Source: Octopus vulgaris (lineage: Eukaryota). From it: a DNA stretch of 64,000 nucleotides. Numbering within the stretch: the stretch's first letter is position 1; each line of letters opens with the position of its first letter. A model generated the notes under the pieces. The model searched no databases, was not told where the DNA came from, and worked only from the letters and a program-made list of their open reading frames with translations. The stretch spans positions 78,740,001 through 78,804,000 of the forward strand of contig OX597821.1 of NCBI GenBank assembly GCA_951406725.2. Direction: 5' to 3'. A program made the position numbers and the translations under genes. Below are positions 16,111 to 30,561 of the stretch, piece after piece.

Positions 16111-17357
16111 CATTCGACAATATTTCATAACAGAACGCATTGTGGTTTCTATTCACCTTCACAACCTCTCCTTATAACACCAAAGGATACGTATAAATCA
16201 CAATATTTACTGTTTTTGCGTTTCGACTGATGAGTCAGTGTCTTTTCAGTTGAGCCTGTCGCACCTTCACATCCTGAGTTATTATTGTCTCGTTTTAACA
16301 TGCTTCCGCTATTTAACAACCGATCCATCATATGATCAGACATTTACAAGAAATAGTTACTGATGTAGTAAATGCAAACTTCAGTAAAGAACCACGTTGA
16401 AGGGAGAGCGAAGTTGTGGCGCATCTGCTCTCTGCGATGTACAGTCCGCAACTGAGAAGAGGTGGGAACTACGACTTCACACTGAGCTCGCGCACCACGA
16501 TCTAATTATATGCGCCTAGCACACGACTGGGGTTGGTAATTTCACACGTATAAAAGCTCCGGTCCTACCGTACAGTGATTGCCTGAAACATCAGTTTTAT
16601 GCAGAAATGTTAAATGCATAAAATAGTTAAAAAAGAAAAAGACTAGAAAAAGAAACAAAAGAAAAGTAATTATTACCAGAAACCGTTTACTTTTTACGCT
16701 GTCATACGAGTGGATGTATATGTTACGTTACCTGTGTGTAACAACATTATTTTTTCTTGTAATATGTCTATCATTATGTGTATATATATATATATATGTA
16801 TGTATGTATATGCATACACACACCCACACCCACCCACACACACACACGCACACACACACACATATATCTATATATATATATATACAGCTGCAGCGTGGAA
16901 GGCGTTTATAAGAAAGTTAAAAACACACAAAAGCCGTTAGATTCACTTCGACATTTAAACTTAATTTGCCAAAATATTTTCTTCGCTTTGAGACCGCGAC
17001 CTGTTTACTAAACAATTTCTGTAGTGCAACTGTTTTTGTTTCCGCACACGATCTCAGATCAAAAGCCAGCAACAATCCTATGCGAGGGAGAGAGCAGGCA
17101 AAGAAGCTTGAGTTATAAAAAACATTGTCAAACCAAAAAGGCTTCTTTCATTACGCCAAAGAAACAACCTCAGTACGCTGGAATATAGGAGCCCTTCTTC
17201 CAAAAGTTTGGCTCCCTAACAGTTAGTCCAACCAGGATCAGTGAGGTACTGAATGACCAGTTCAAAAGTCTCTTCAGCACCCCGATGGAGCACAGTCGAC
17301 TGAACGAACTCGTTACGATGGATTAGTAAAGATATCAGTGAAGAAGATATACTACTA

Positions 17358-17892
17358 GTTGTAATGGATGCAGGTTCGTGTGTCATATAGCTAGCTAGAG
17401 GCGTTGGCCTCTTGGAGCTGATCAGCGACAGCTTTAGTCTTATTTATAGACTGCCATATTAGTATGGCGATAACTATTAATATCCAGTAACGCTGCCGTA
17501 ATCTCCTTTAGAGAGACTTAGTAATTTTAATATTTCTATTATTGAAAACAAGTGGATGCATTCCACTGTAACTACGTAAATAAAATCTTCGAACAGACGG
17601 TCAGTAGCGACACCTGCTGGTTCTGACTACGCTGCATTGATAAAGGGCAACAACCCTGAAACATGTCTGCAGATGTCTGACTAGCAAGGTGAAGCGGCTG
17701 ACCTCCCAGTTCGAAGGTTGTAATGGACGCAGGTTCGTGTGTCATATAGCTAGCTAGAGGCGTTGGCCTCTTGGAGCTAATCAGCGACAGCTTTAGTCTT
17801 ATTTATAGACTGCCATATTAGTATGGCGATAACTATTAATATCCAGTAACGCTGCCGTAATCTCCTTTAGAGACTTAGTAATTTTAATATTT

Positions 17893-17893
<1 letters not shown>
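17358..17893 (+). mobile_element. 1.5-unit tandem non-coding element (359-bp period) carrying a hammerhead; retrozyme-like or PLE pLTR
   Basis: Near-identical direct repeats 17358-17537 and 17717-17893, hammerhead between them, 3' end abutting (TA)n. Confidence 0.7.
17632..17672 (+). ncRNA. Minimal type I hammerhead, U3-A8 variant
   Basis: CTGCA TTGATAA AGGG CAACAA CCCT GAAA CATG TC TGCAG: all stems pair perfectly, GUC site. Confidence 0.8.
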
Positions 17894-17943
<50 letters not shown>

Positions 17944-17944
17944 T

Positions 17945-18325
17945 GCCCTAATAAACTCACCACTTATAAATTAAAAGGAATCGGAAACTAAAATTTGAGT
18001 AACAAGATTCAACAAGAATTGTTTTAGTGTTCTTTAGTGTTCATAAACTGATCAATCAATAACAATTTCCAGTTGTTGCTTGTATAATAGAGTGTAAGGT
18101 CTAATGTATACATGATTATTGCTGATGTTGATTATTTCATTGAATTTCGGGAAATGAATGTTAATACTGCATTTTGTAGTAAACAAGAAAGTGTAAAAGC
18201 AAAGAAGGATCCGTTTATTTACATTGACTACACAAACAATCGATATTGTTTTCGATGTCTCTGAAACATTTATATATCATATATATTTACTTACATAGAT
18301 ACGGCCGCAATCACGTCAGCACACT

Positions 18326-18330
<5 letters not shown>
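17945..18330. other. Conserved non-coding block, copy 1 (copies at ~23610-24010 inverted and ~54540-55090 direct)
   Basis: Shared strings such as ttatttcattgaatttc, aaacaagaaa, tttacatt, acatagatacgg. Confidence 0.7.
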
Positions 18331-18401
<71 letters not shown>

Positions 18402-18425
18402 TAATAATAATAATAATAATAATAG

Positions 18426-18493
<68 letters not shown>

Positions 18494-18611
18494 GAATGAA
18501 TGAGACCTCGATATTATGTAAGGTAGAGGAATTTTATGACAACCAACTATTTGTCAAATATTATATGTATATATATATATATGTGTGTGTGGTGTAGATA
18601 GATAGATATAT

Positions 18612-18675
<64 letters not shown>

Positions 18676-18695
18676 ATATGTATATCTATCTATTT

Positions 18696-19236
18696 AGAGG
18701 ACTGACCACTAAAAGTAGACAGCCTATATGCTAGATATAGACATCAAAATCGCCATTTTCCACGTATGTCCTCTAGAAATAATTTCAGCAAAAAAAAAAA
18801 CACAAAGTGTAAAAATAAGCAAGACAAATGAAAATATACGAAATAAAAAAAACATTACCTATGTACTAATTTGTTTCACTTGTTAATATTTACGTATATG
18901 GATACGTAAACACCTGCAAGACCATCAGTCTGTCGTTTACAAAACACAATTTCCAGAACTAGTTACATGACGCTCAACCGAAATCCAGTATGTATAACGT
19001 CTACAATTTATATTTATGAGTATCTTTCAAATGCCTTCACTTTGGCGCGCTGAGATCGGAAATTACTCTGCAGTAAATAAACTACAGCAGTCAATTTACC
19101 GGCTAGAGAACATTTTTTATTTGAAATTTGGTTTTTTGCTGAAATTTTTTCTTGAGAACATATTCTTCGTGGAAAATGTCGATTTTGACCACTATATCTA
19201 GCATTTAGGCTGTCTACTTTTAGTGGTCAGTCCTCT
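18696..19236. mobile_element. PLE-type remnant with ~70-bp terminal inverted repeats and a decayed hammerhead
   Basis: agaggactgaccactaaaagtagacagcct.. / ..aggctgtctacttttagtggtcagtcctct; minus strand CTGATGG..GAAACAAATTA at ~18865-18928. Confidence 0.6.
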
Positions 19237-20399
19237 ACATTGTATATGTAAAAAAGTTTTAATCTTCGGATTTTTTAAAAATGTGCTAGGTCACTGGTTT
19301 TAATTGATTAATATCAATTCCTACCCTTATTTAATTTTAATAAAAAATGTTCTCTAGGTGGTTATTTGACTGCTGTAGTTTATTAACTATATTGATTATA
19401 ATGTGGAAAGATAAATGAGATTCGAATGCAGATAAATAACAAAAGAACGCTGTCATAAAGTGTAATCTATTGTTTAGCATGTCAAAGGTAAGTGAAATAT
19501 ATAAGAGAAATATATATGTATTGAAACGTGTACTTTATTTTCCAATGGACGATCAGAAAAAAAAATTAAACAATATCATATCAAAGAAGTAAGCCGGTGA
19601 CAAAATGCTTTGCAGCATTTCGTCCGTTTATACGTTCTAAATTCAAATTTTCCCAAGGTTCATATTCCCTTTCATCCTTTCGCGTCCGATTAAATAAGCA
19701 CCAGTCGAGTAGCAGGGTCGAAGTATTCGACTTAACATCTTCCCCAAAATTGCTGAACTTGCGCTAAAATTTGAAACCATGCAAATGAGTAAAATAAAGT
19801 TTTAAAATGTTGAAATTACAGAGTATGGTCATAGTGTAAGAATTGATATATTTGTTAATACTAATAAGTAGTTGCTTTTGAGAAGTGAAATTCGTGAAGC
19901 GGTTTGTGAACAACTTGACTTTATGCATCAGCTTAAGTCAGCGGAAATGGAATCTATGGAATTAAAAATGTCAGTAGTATACTAAAGGCGATTTGGCTGT
20001 TCCATCTCAGTAAACTATTCATTTTAATATATAGAAATTTCGCCATTTATCAAAATACTTCATCTTAGAGTGAGTGAAGTGGTATGAAAGATCGTGTAGA
20101 ATACGTGCAACAAAAGGAATAAAAAAAAAACCTTGGGACAGAAAATATCGAAGACTGCCCGTGGATGCCCGGCTTCTTTTACTTGCTTGAGATCCTATGT
20201 GCCGAGAAAGAATGTACGCGATGCATTTCAGAAATTTCTAGAATTTGTTTCAGGAGAGACATTTATAACTGCCTAGATCATTGCTATTTAACTATATTAA
20301 TACTAGGCATCTAATAAGATGACCTGCTGCAGTTATTTGTTTTTATTCCAGACTAAAGGAGACGGCTGCAATGATACTTTTGAACACACCCTACTATAC

Positions 20400-21260
20400 A
20401 CTACTTGTCACAGTTGGGTCGTTTGCAGGACACAGTCAGGTCGTGAAGACAATTCGAAAGCTCGCTCAGGCAATAACATTTTGTGTTAAACTGGTATCTT
20501 ATGGATTATCTTATGTAAACTGAACAACATTTTATCGCTGGGACAAAATAGTCAAGTGCAGTAGAGGGGAAGTGAAAGACGATAAGAGGTGAGAGGAAGA
20601 AGGATGAAGATTGTCGTGTGTCTAAACACGCAGGTTGAATTTGGTGCGAGGCTGCCGACAGAATTGTGAGTAGGGATCTATCAGCAGCAAAATTTGGTGC
20701 AAAGATTGTTGCAAGAACACTCACTGATGAAGAGAACGAATGAAGCTTTTGTGGCATCAGCATGATGGTTTAGATCATTATATCCAATCCAACAAACCTG
20801 ACCACGAGGAAAACTGAAACTACTGTTAGGATGCAAAGACCACTTAACAGCATAACAAACAGAAGCTTTCTGGTTCCTCTAGATTTAAGAAGCCAAGGCA
20901 AAGCAACTCCACTGCAAAGCTCGTAATGATCCTTTATGTTTTTAACACCACCTGTATCGACTATATAAATTGGGTTCCCTCTGGCCAAATGGTCCCCGAA
21001 AAGTATTTTACGAAGGTTTAGAAGACGTTCAGGAAGAGATGTTTTGTAAAATGCGAGAGCTATTACACAGGAATTGGTGGCACGTGTAGCAGAAAAATGC
21101 ATCTGTCCACAATTCTAACTCTGTAACCAGCTACTTGACAGAAATGGGCATCAAAACTGTCTCTCGCCTTTCATACTGTTCAAACTTTGTCCTTTGTGAC
21201 ATCTGTTGTTTCCCAACCAGTAAGAGAATATGAGGGGCAGTCAGTTTAGAGATGTTGTAA
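20400..21260 (+). mobile_element. mariner transposase remnant
   Basis: Degenerate mariner motifs (lysine-rich AKIV.R.LTDE, YYTGI, P.CSNFVLCDICCFP) with many frameshifts. Confidence 0.55.
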
Positions 21261-22164
21261 ATTGAAAGCTTCGTTATTTGGAGTTTTTATTTTGATGGAA
21301 GATAAAGAAGCAATACTTTTAGAGATAGGTCCTATACTAGGTTTTTTAACTACGCTCTTCGGTGGATGGATTACCTACGTATATATTGGATTTGTGCGTT
21401 ATCTTTCTTTTTTAGTTTATATACACTGGATTCTACGTCAAGTGTAGCATCGAGTAAGATTACTGATTTTTTGTGTTTACCGTAAAGAACACGCCTACGT
21501 TTTCCAAATACTTGATGTAGACCTTTCCTTAATTCATCCATTTTGTCCGCTATAGTTTCTTGACAAGAATAGACCGTTGTCCCTGTAGAGACAACTTGAT
21601 ACGAATGTAATTTTTCTTTGAAAGTTTGCTAATATGTAAGAGCCGTCAATGTATCTTTGTCTTTCAGTGAATACTTAGGTCAAATATCACTATACGGTTT
21701 TTCTTAATCTAGAAAGCATTGTTGAGAAAGAGAAGGGAATTACATGCTTGTAATATTGTTTCTATTTCTGTGTCGTTTATTGTAGTTATTGTCTTTCTAT
21801 AAATGTGGCATACATGAGTTTAGGTTTTGTTATTGATCCTTAATAATCTTAATAATCTTTGGTGTCAAAACTTCTACCAAGCGCCAAAATAACAAACCTG
21901 ACGTAGTTACTTGAGACGCGAAATGCTTAGCAGTATCTCGCCTGTCTTTACGGTCTGAATTCAAATTCCGCCCAGGTCGACTTTGCTTTTCATAATTTCG
22001 GGGTCGATAAATAAAGTACCATTTGCGTACTGGAGTTGATCTAATCGACTGGCCCCATCCCCACGCATTTCGGCCCTTGTGCATAGAGCAGAAAAGTATA
22101 CCTAAAGAATTTTCCATTGCATATGTTCAAAATTTATGAAACACAACATACATCTCTCTTTAAT

Positions 22165-22550
22165 TATTTGTTTCAATCCTTTGACTGTGGCCATGCTGAA
22201 GCTTCACCTTTAGTCGAGCAAATCGACCCCAGGACTTATTCTTTGTTACCCTAGTACTTATTCTATCAGTTTCTTCTGCCGAACCGCTAAGTTAGGGGGA
22301 CGTAAACACACCAACATCACTTGTCCAGCGATGTTGGGGATAAATACAGACACACAAACATGTACACACATATATACATATACATATATAGGACGGGATT
22401 CTTTCACTTTCAGTTTGCGTCTACCAAATCCATTCACAAGGCTTTGGTCGGCCCGAGGCTATAGTAGAAGACACTTGCCAAAGTTGCTACGCAGTGGGAC
22501 TGAACCCAGGGCCATGTGGTTGGTAAGCAAATTACTTATCACACGACCAC
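22165..22550 (-). mobile_element. tRNA-derived SINE (family also at 27233, 42801, 56725)
   Basis: Shared body: cacaaggctttggtcggcccgaggctatagtagaagacacttgcc..gccgaaccgctaagtta..ggccatgctg. Confidence 0.7.
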
Positions 22551-23008
22551 CATTCATTTATCTATCTTTAATTAATCTATTCTCAGCAAGCATGATCTAT
22601 TTCGACACAAGATATTTTTTTCAACTCAAGATTTTTTTTCATATTTATACAACACGATGTCTATGTACTTATATTTTATATTTTTATATTTACTATCACA
22701 TTTTGCATACTTCTGAAAGACCGTACGTGATATCAACAAATCAAATTCACACGCGTATGTGTCAATTTGTACCATATAAAAATACACATTATACGTTCAT
22801 TCACATTTTTATACCCTTCTTGATCACGACTGCCAGACGAAGATATATGTTAAACTCTGAGTTGCAGTTTTTTGAGATAAGTTTGTGACGCTTTTGCAAC
22901 TTTAATATTAAAGCATATTACTCTATCACCGATATTCTTTCTTTCCACATTGTTTCACATTTACATGCTTACTCGGATGCATATGCATATATGTATATAT
23001 TTATATGT

Positions 23009-23310
23009 GGAGGCGCAATGGCCCGGTGGTTAGGGCAACGGACTCGCGGCTGGAGGATCGCGGTTTCGATTCCCAGACCGGGTGTTGTGTGTGTTCATTG
23101 ATTTATTGAGTGAAAAAACCTAAAGCTCCACGGGGCTCCGGCAGAGGGGTCGACCCATGTTGTACTCTTTCGCCTCAACTTTCTCTTACTCTTTCTCCCT
23201 GTTTCAATGGACTGGCGTCCCATCCAGCTGGGGCAACACATACGCCATAGAAGCCGGGGAACCGGGTCCATGAGCCTGGTTAGGCTTGAAAAGGGCGCAT
23301 AAATAAAAAT
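23009..23310 (+). mobile_element. tRNA-derived SINE
   Basis: Same head as 14916 plus body ending aaagggcgcataaataaaaataaaa. Confidence 0.7.
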
Positions 23311-23609
23311 AAAAAATATATTTATATATGCGTAACATTGTAGCTGTCAGCCCACCTTCACTTGACAACCTATGATGGTGTGTTTAAGTCTCCGTGACGC
23401 ACCGGTTCGGCAAAAGCAACAGATAAAATAATTATTAGGCTATTAAAGAATAAGTCTCTAGATAGAATTCTTCCGCTAAAGACCTTGAAGACGATGCTCC
23501 AGCATGGCCACAATCAAATGACTGAAACGAGTAAAAAATAAAAGAATGAAATATATGCATATATAGAACAAAAGAGAAAGAGTAAGAATAAGAGAGAGAG
23601 AGAGAGAGG

Positions 23610-24010
23610 GAGAGAGAGAGATTAGTGTGTTAGTGTAACTGCGGCCGAGTCTATGTGCGTAAACATATAATATATAAGGGATTTAGTAACATCGAACATA
23701 ATATCGATTGTTTGTGTCGTCAATGTAAATAAACGGAAAATTCAATGTTTATACATTTCCTTAAAGAAACGAAATACAAACAATTATTTATTTTTCCGAA
23801 ATTCAATGAAATAATCAGCATCAGAAACGATTATGTATAGATTAGACGTTAAACTTTCTTATGCAACCAACAACTGGAAATTGTTAATAATTGATTGAAC
23901 AGTTTACGTATAAACATCAAAACGTACACTTGGGCATTTCTTGTTTAAACTTGTTCTCCAACTTAAGTACTTAAGATTTAATTTCCGATTTCCATTTAAA
24001 TCTTGAGCGG
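23610..24010. other. Conserved non-coding block, inverted copy
   Basis: atcgattgtttgtgtcgtcaatgtaaataaacgg and ccgaaattcaatgaaataatcagcatcag are reverse complements of the 18120-18250 sequence. Confidence 0.7.
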
Positions 24011-24077
24011 TAATATATTCATCGTTATTATTGGCTAAATGAACTTTAATGAATACACGTATATATATTGATATATG

Positions 24078-24122
<45 letters not shown>

Positions 24123-24143
24123 GTATGTAATATATATATACTC

Positions 24144-24209
<66 letters not shown>

Positions 24210-24960
24210 GTACATACGTTTTCACCGATAAAACATAGTGTTTGCCAATTTAGCCCACGTGGGTGGAAAGGGAGGGCAGAAATTCTTCGCTTGCATATTT
24301 TGAATTTGTTGACACTGTTAGTTTGAACGAATCTTCTGAGGTGAAAAGACGCCAAAAGGGTATGCTCCTACTTTCAGTGTTCCCAAATCCGAATTAAGGA
24401 ATTTTGAGCTGACGAAAGAAATGTCGAATTGTATTTGGCTGATCTAGAAACGTACGTTCTCAAATAACCTTTGCACTTGTGATTTTTTAATGTTTTTACC
24501 CCCATACCTTCGTGAGTTATTTTGAGTAAACACTATCTGAGAGAAATTTTCTTTAAGTATTAGAAATGGCTAAAAAACTTTTTTTGGCTGCTATTTCTAA
24601 TGAGTTCAGTATGTGGCAAAGTAATTTATTTTACTAAGCCCTTTTATATAATGTTATATATATATATATATACATACACATACACACATACATACAAACA
24701 TGTCCGTGTGCAGGTGCGCGAGCGAGTGTGTGTGTGTGTAGCTTAGTGGTTACGGTGTTTGTCTAGTGATCTTAAGATTGTGGTTTCAGTTCCTGGACCG
24801 GGTGATGTGTTGTGCTCTGTCCGCTATGTTCGTAAAACGAGTAATTCTGCTACAGACTGGCGACCCGTCCAGGGCGTAAATATATATATGCCATGGAAAC
24901 TGAGAAACTGGCTCATATGGGTCCATAGGACTCGAGAAGAATTCTCATATCCTGATATAC

Positions 24961-25018
<58 letters not shown>

Positions 25019-25168
25019 ATGGGGGAAGCTGGCACAAACGTTAGCGTCTCGGGCAAAATACATTTTTCCGGCTCTTTATCTTCTGAGTTCGTATCTCGCC
25101 GAGATCGTCTCTGCACCTAATTCATTTATAGGCGCAGGAGTGGCTGTGTGGTAAGTAGCTTGTTTACC

Positions 25169-27232
25169 CAGAATGCAACACTAGTTGGTCTGGACTGTTA
25201 CAGTGAGCAGATGTGAGTTTCGGCTCCATGAACAGAAATAAGGAACAAAAAGAAATTGTCAATTATGGTTCGCTATAGCGAGCAAAATAGTGGGTTCTCA
25301 TCAACGTAACGGTGAATTGAGAATTTTTACTTGAGAATTCTACTTGTGAATTCTAGTGGGCGTATCTCGCCAGAAAAATAAGAATGAGCCATTTGAATTA
25401 CCCTTTTGGATTACCTTTTTGGAGTATTATACAAAGGATTCCCTGTCTGTGCTATTTGTGAGGTTTTTCTTTTAATTTTCCCTTCTTCTATTTTTCTTTC
25501 TTTCAAAATTTTGGTTCATTTTTTTCATTACTTTAATTTCAGTTTCCTCCCCTCCTCTTTTATTTTGTTTTCTTTTTATTCGATTTAATTTTTTGGCAGA
25601 CTGTCTTTTGAACTTCTTTTGAACTGTTTTTTGACATGGTAGAGAAGGAACTTAAAAAGAAAAACTCTGTCTTAGAGTGGGAAATTAACCCGCCTAAGCA
25701 GTGGTTAAAAGATATGGAGGAGAAGACGATGGTACTTAGAACGTATTCTAAAGTTCTTAATTCCATCACCGTCTTCCCAAAACAAGTCATAAAAAAATTA
25801 ACTTAAAGAACATTTGTCCTCTGTAAAATATATATCCCGTGGTGTCAAACATGCAACCGTATGGTTGCTGTTTGACAACGGGGAAAAGGCTCGCCAGTTT
25901 GCGAGTCAGCCTTTAGAAGGCAAGGAAATTCTGTTTCTCCCGTCATATTGTGGAAGAAAATTAACACGAGCCTGGGTATGTGGGCTGCCCCCGGGCACCG
26001 AAGCGGATTGGATTGAAGATACCATCAGACGGGGACTGGGGGAATGGTGGGCCCAGGCTCTTAAATGTTAGGGTATTGCCGGCGGTCGATTGGGAAGGGT
26101 CAAAAGCGATTTTGACCCTGTGGACCCCATCGGCCGCAACAGAACTGGTTTTTCCAGATTTCATGAAAATGGCTGGCTGCAGGTATCCGGTGATACTTGA
26201 GGGACGTCCCCCAAAGTGTCACTCGTGCCTGCAGCCAGGCCATATTAAAAGGAACTGCCCCCAGGACCATGGTAAGGTCCTGGAACAGTCACTAGATGCC
26301 ACCTCCCCTATCCGGTCAAAGGGAGAGGTGGATGTGGTCGAGGAGGCTTCAGCCTCCTCAACTCAAAAAGGATTAAACAGGAAGAAGGCGGGCAACAATA
26401 GTTGCCCGCCGAAGGAACCTAAGACTTCGGGAAGCAGGGGAGAGTCTCCGGACAAAGCAAAAGAGCTCCACTCTCCCGAAGCCAGGAAGAAAAGAAAAAA
26501 AGAAGGAAGAAGAACGGGTCATCTCAGCGGGGAGATGATGTGCCGACTGCATGTCCCGAAGTTGTACCACCCACGGTGGAAGAAACCAACCCCACCCTTA
26601 AAGATGATCAATTAATTATCTTTTTCTACAAGGGCGGGGAGGTGGAAAAATAGTAGAAGAACATAAAGAAACAGTAGATATGCCCTTCACACGGGATCTC
26701 GAATGGCCTCCGCAGATAGCTGTGGAGGTCATAAGGTTTCCCTTGTGGGAAAGGCTGAAAGGATTTGGGGAGGAGTGTCGCATATGGCTGGGTGGCCCTT
26801 ACACGACTTACATGTCTTACATGAGTGAGGCATGGGAAATGGCGGGATACAGGAACTCAAGCGGCATTGAAGATAATGATGAATATATTGATGGATATAT
26901 CGAAGAGTAGGAGGTGAAAGACCCTCGTTACAGGGTTTGAAACCTCACCTTATTGGATTATATTGTAGTGATTTATAACCACAATTTTGTGTTTTAAGAA
27001 AGAAAAGAAAGAAAACATGTTAAGTAAGAGGTTTTAGTGCCTCCTTCTTGTAAGAGATTTGAAACCTCATATTGATTTAAAAAAAAAAAGAAAATATGTT
27101 TTCGAGAAAAATCCAATCGGCGGGTGTTGGGTTTCGTCTCTCATTTATTCATTATATTTCATTTTCATTCATTAATGTGTTTGTCCAGCCGCAAAGCTCT
27201 TTGTACTGTCTATATGACAAATTTATGAAATA
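25169..27232 (+). mobile_element. ORF1-only LINE derivative inserted into a SINE with 16-bp TSD
   Basis: TSD aagtagcttg(t/c)ttacc at 25153-25168 and 27233-27248 splits a SINE (head 25131, remainder to ~27630). Frameshifted ORF1 ~25636-26910 with CHSCLQPGHIKRNC zinc knuckle; no RT or EN seen. Confidence 0.75.
25814..26615 (+). pseudogene. LINE ORF1p-like (RRM-like + CCHC knuckle), frameshifted near 26040
   Basis: ORFs 25814-26071 and 25980-26615 join into one product; PVILEGRPPK-C-X2-C-X4-H-X4-C followed by a K/E/P-rich tail. Confidence 0.7.
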
Positions 27233-27389
27233 AAGTAGCTTGCTTACCAACCACACGGTTCCGGATTCATTCCCACTGCGTGGCACCTTGGGCAAGTGTC
27301 TTCTACTATAGTCTCCGGCCGACCACAGCTTTGTGAGTGAATTTGGTAGACGGAAACTGAAAGAAGCCCGTCGTATATATGTGCATATA

Positions 27390-27425
<36 letters not shown>

Positions 27426-27646
27426 TGTGTATATGTTTGTATGACAGTATTTGTCCTCACACAACATCGCTTGACAATCGACGCTGGTGTGTTTACGTCC
27501 CCATAACTTAGCGATGCGGCAAAAGAAACCGATAGAATAAGTAATAGGCTAACAAAGAATAAGTTGATTTGCTCGACTAAAGGCGTTGCTCCAGCATGGC
27601 CACAGTCAAATGACTGAAACAAGTAAAAGAGTTAATAGTAAAGAGA

Positions 27647-27684
<38 letters not shown>

Positions 27685-27927
27685 AAACTTTTTCTTCACC
27701 CATTCCCTTCAAGTCATTCTATATGTGAGGCGTGTGTATCGTTGGCGATTATTTCCTCCGTCTTCCCTTCCTTGGATCTTTCCTTTTTCTATGTTTCTGA
27801 CGAAGAGCTCCGCTCTAAAAATTAAATCTTCCTTCTCTCTTTGCTTTCCTGAGCGTCCAGTAACACTATACTTGTTCCACGTCCTCGCGTTGTTGTGTTT
27901 TCATGTTTGGATTAACTATATATATAA

Positions 27928-27995
<68 letters not shown>

Positions 27996-28183
27996 TTGAA
28001 GTTATGCTGGTGTGCGTGGAAACAAGTGTAGTGAGCAAAACAACGATCTTCCAATTGTACCTTCTGTTGCTAACTTCAGTTTTTTCAATTATCTATTCAC
28101 TACTGGATTGTACAGGGTAAATATTAAGATGGTCGAGCTATATGTTGCACTCTACTAGGTTCTTAACAGAATATACCGTAACG

Positions 28184-28399
<216 letters not shown>

Positions 28400-28582
28400 T
28401 TATATATATGTATATATGTATATATATTTATATAAATGTATATATATATATATATATCTATCTGTATATATATATATATATATGTATATACATATGTATA
28501 TATATATATGTGTATATATATATGTATATATATATATGTACATATATGTATATATATGTGTGTGTATATATATATGTATATA

Positions 28583-28684
<102 letters not shown>

Positions 28685-29864
28685 TATATAGAGAGAGATT
28701 CAAATGAATATGATACTTAATTTAGATGCAGCAGAATTTTGTATGGTGTTACCCATAAAAATTTGCGGTAGAGTTTTGGTCAGTTGGCATCTGATTAGAA
28801 TATGTTCCTAAGAGTTGGATGAACTCTCGACACTGACTTAATTTTCTTGTCACCACATAGATAAATTGACTTTTTGTTCTAGTGACAACCTGAACTTCCT
28901 TTATGTATTCTGTATTTTCTCCTCTTTCTACAGCTGGCTTGAATTCCTTGCCTTCCCTTGCCCTGATCCTTATGGCTAAAGAAATTTCTTACAGCAGTCA
29001 GTTACAAGCAGAGTTTTGGTCAGTTAGCATCTGAACCACACATCCTCATGTTCCTAAAATTTATATCTACATCTTTATTTGTATATTTACCTTCCCTAGG
29101 ATGTTATTACTTGATCTGAATCAACGTACATTGCTTAATTTATTTGCATCTGTATATCTGCGCCCTTCGATGCCTACGACGTTTCTTCATGAAATGTGTA
29201 TTTGTGCAATGAGGTTCGTGTTTGGATATAGTTGGACGGTATAGAAATCTTTCAACACATCCCTGTAATACTCTCAATTCAATTTTATGCATTTTGCTCT
29301 AAGTGATGTTTTGGTGGCCTCCCTACAGGTCTAGGGTTAGGGTTATCCTCGTTCTGGTTACCTAGTAGATCGCTGTTTTGAGAGTTTCTTCCAGCAGCAG
29401 ACTTTTCGACTTCAGTCTCATTCCCCACTGGATAACGTGTTCCCTATTGTCCCGGGCGATGACCGATACGGCATGAGTTTTGGCATGTTATTAAAGCATT
29501 GACAGAGACAATAGGAGACGGGCCTGTTTGTTCGGGGTTGACTTTTTGATATTACACTGCTTCTTTGATCTTCGAATGAATATATTTGTCATATCGTAGG
29601 ATAAGAGATCGAAAACTGCATCCATTATTTTGGTAGCTATGTTTCTGGGCATAACTGTTTAGTAACATTTTAAACTGAGTGACTAATTTGCTCCTTTGAA
29701 TATTCATTTGTGGGAAGTGGCATTGATTTTGTTTCTTCCGATGTTGTTCGTGACATGTTTTCTATGTCTGCACATATTTATCTTGTAGACATTATATATG
29801 TTCCTTATGAATTATTTACATGTGTACATGGAAGCATAGACAGTTGCATGTAGATGTTATAATG

Positions 29865-29904
<40 letters not shown>

Positions 29905-29956
29905 TTATCATTATTATTATAATTATTATTATTATTATTATTATTTATTATTATTA

Positions 29957-29989
<33 letters not shown>

Positions 29990-30018
29990 TTATTACTATT
30001 ATTATTATTATTATTATT

Positions 30019-30511
30019 GAATGAGAAAGCAGTGTATGCCATCAAAGTGACACTGAGGTAAAATATACGAAGCCCAGTATACACATCATGACTACCAGTC
30101 TGATAAGGGTACACCAGGCACATGCATCACAACCATATGTGCGCGACATGGTGATCTCATAACAAGATAAACAGCGCATGACATTGCGGTTGGGGCCCAG
30201 CTAGAATTTTCTTCTGGTCGGGTAACATATCCCACTTAAATGGTCCCTAATTAAGGCTTGTTTAAGAATATTGAATGAAACACCCATGTTTCCAGAGGTG
30301 TATTATTCAAACCCCAAAGAATCCCTCTCAACACATGGCTATGGTGCTCCCCCACTACTCCTGCTTGTGAACAGAGATGCACATATCGTCAGCCACTAAG
30401 GGACATGAACAACTGGTTATGGTCAAACAACTGACAAGCAAATCTGTGGCATTGAGCAGAATATTTGCTGAGCCCATCTTTTATACCAAGACAAAACAAT
30501 TATTATTATTA

Positions 30512-30561
<50 letters not shown>

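Noticed and set aside
17358-17893. CRISPR-like or prokaryotic repeat system
   Set aside because: Only two long repeats and no spacer array or cas genes; the context is eukaryotic.
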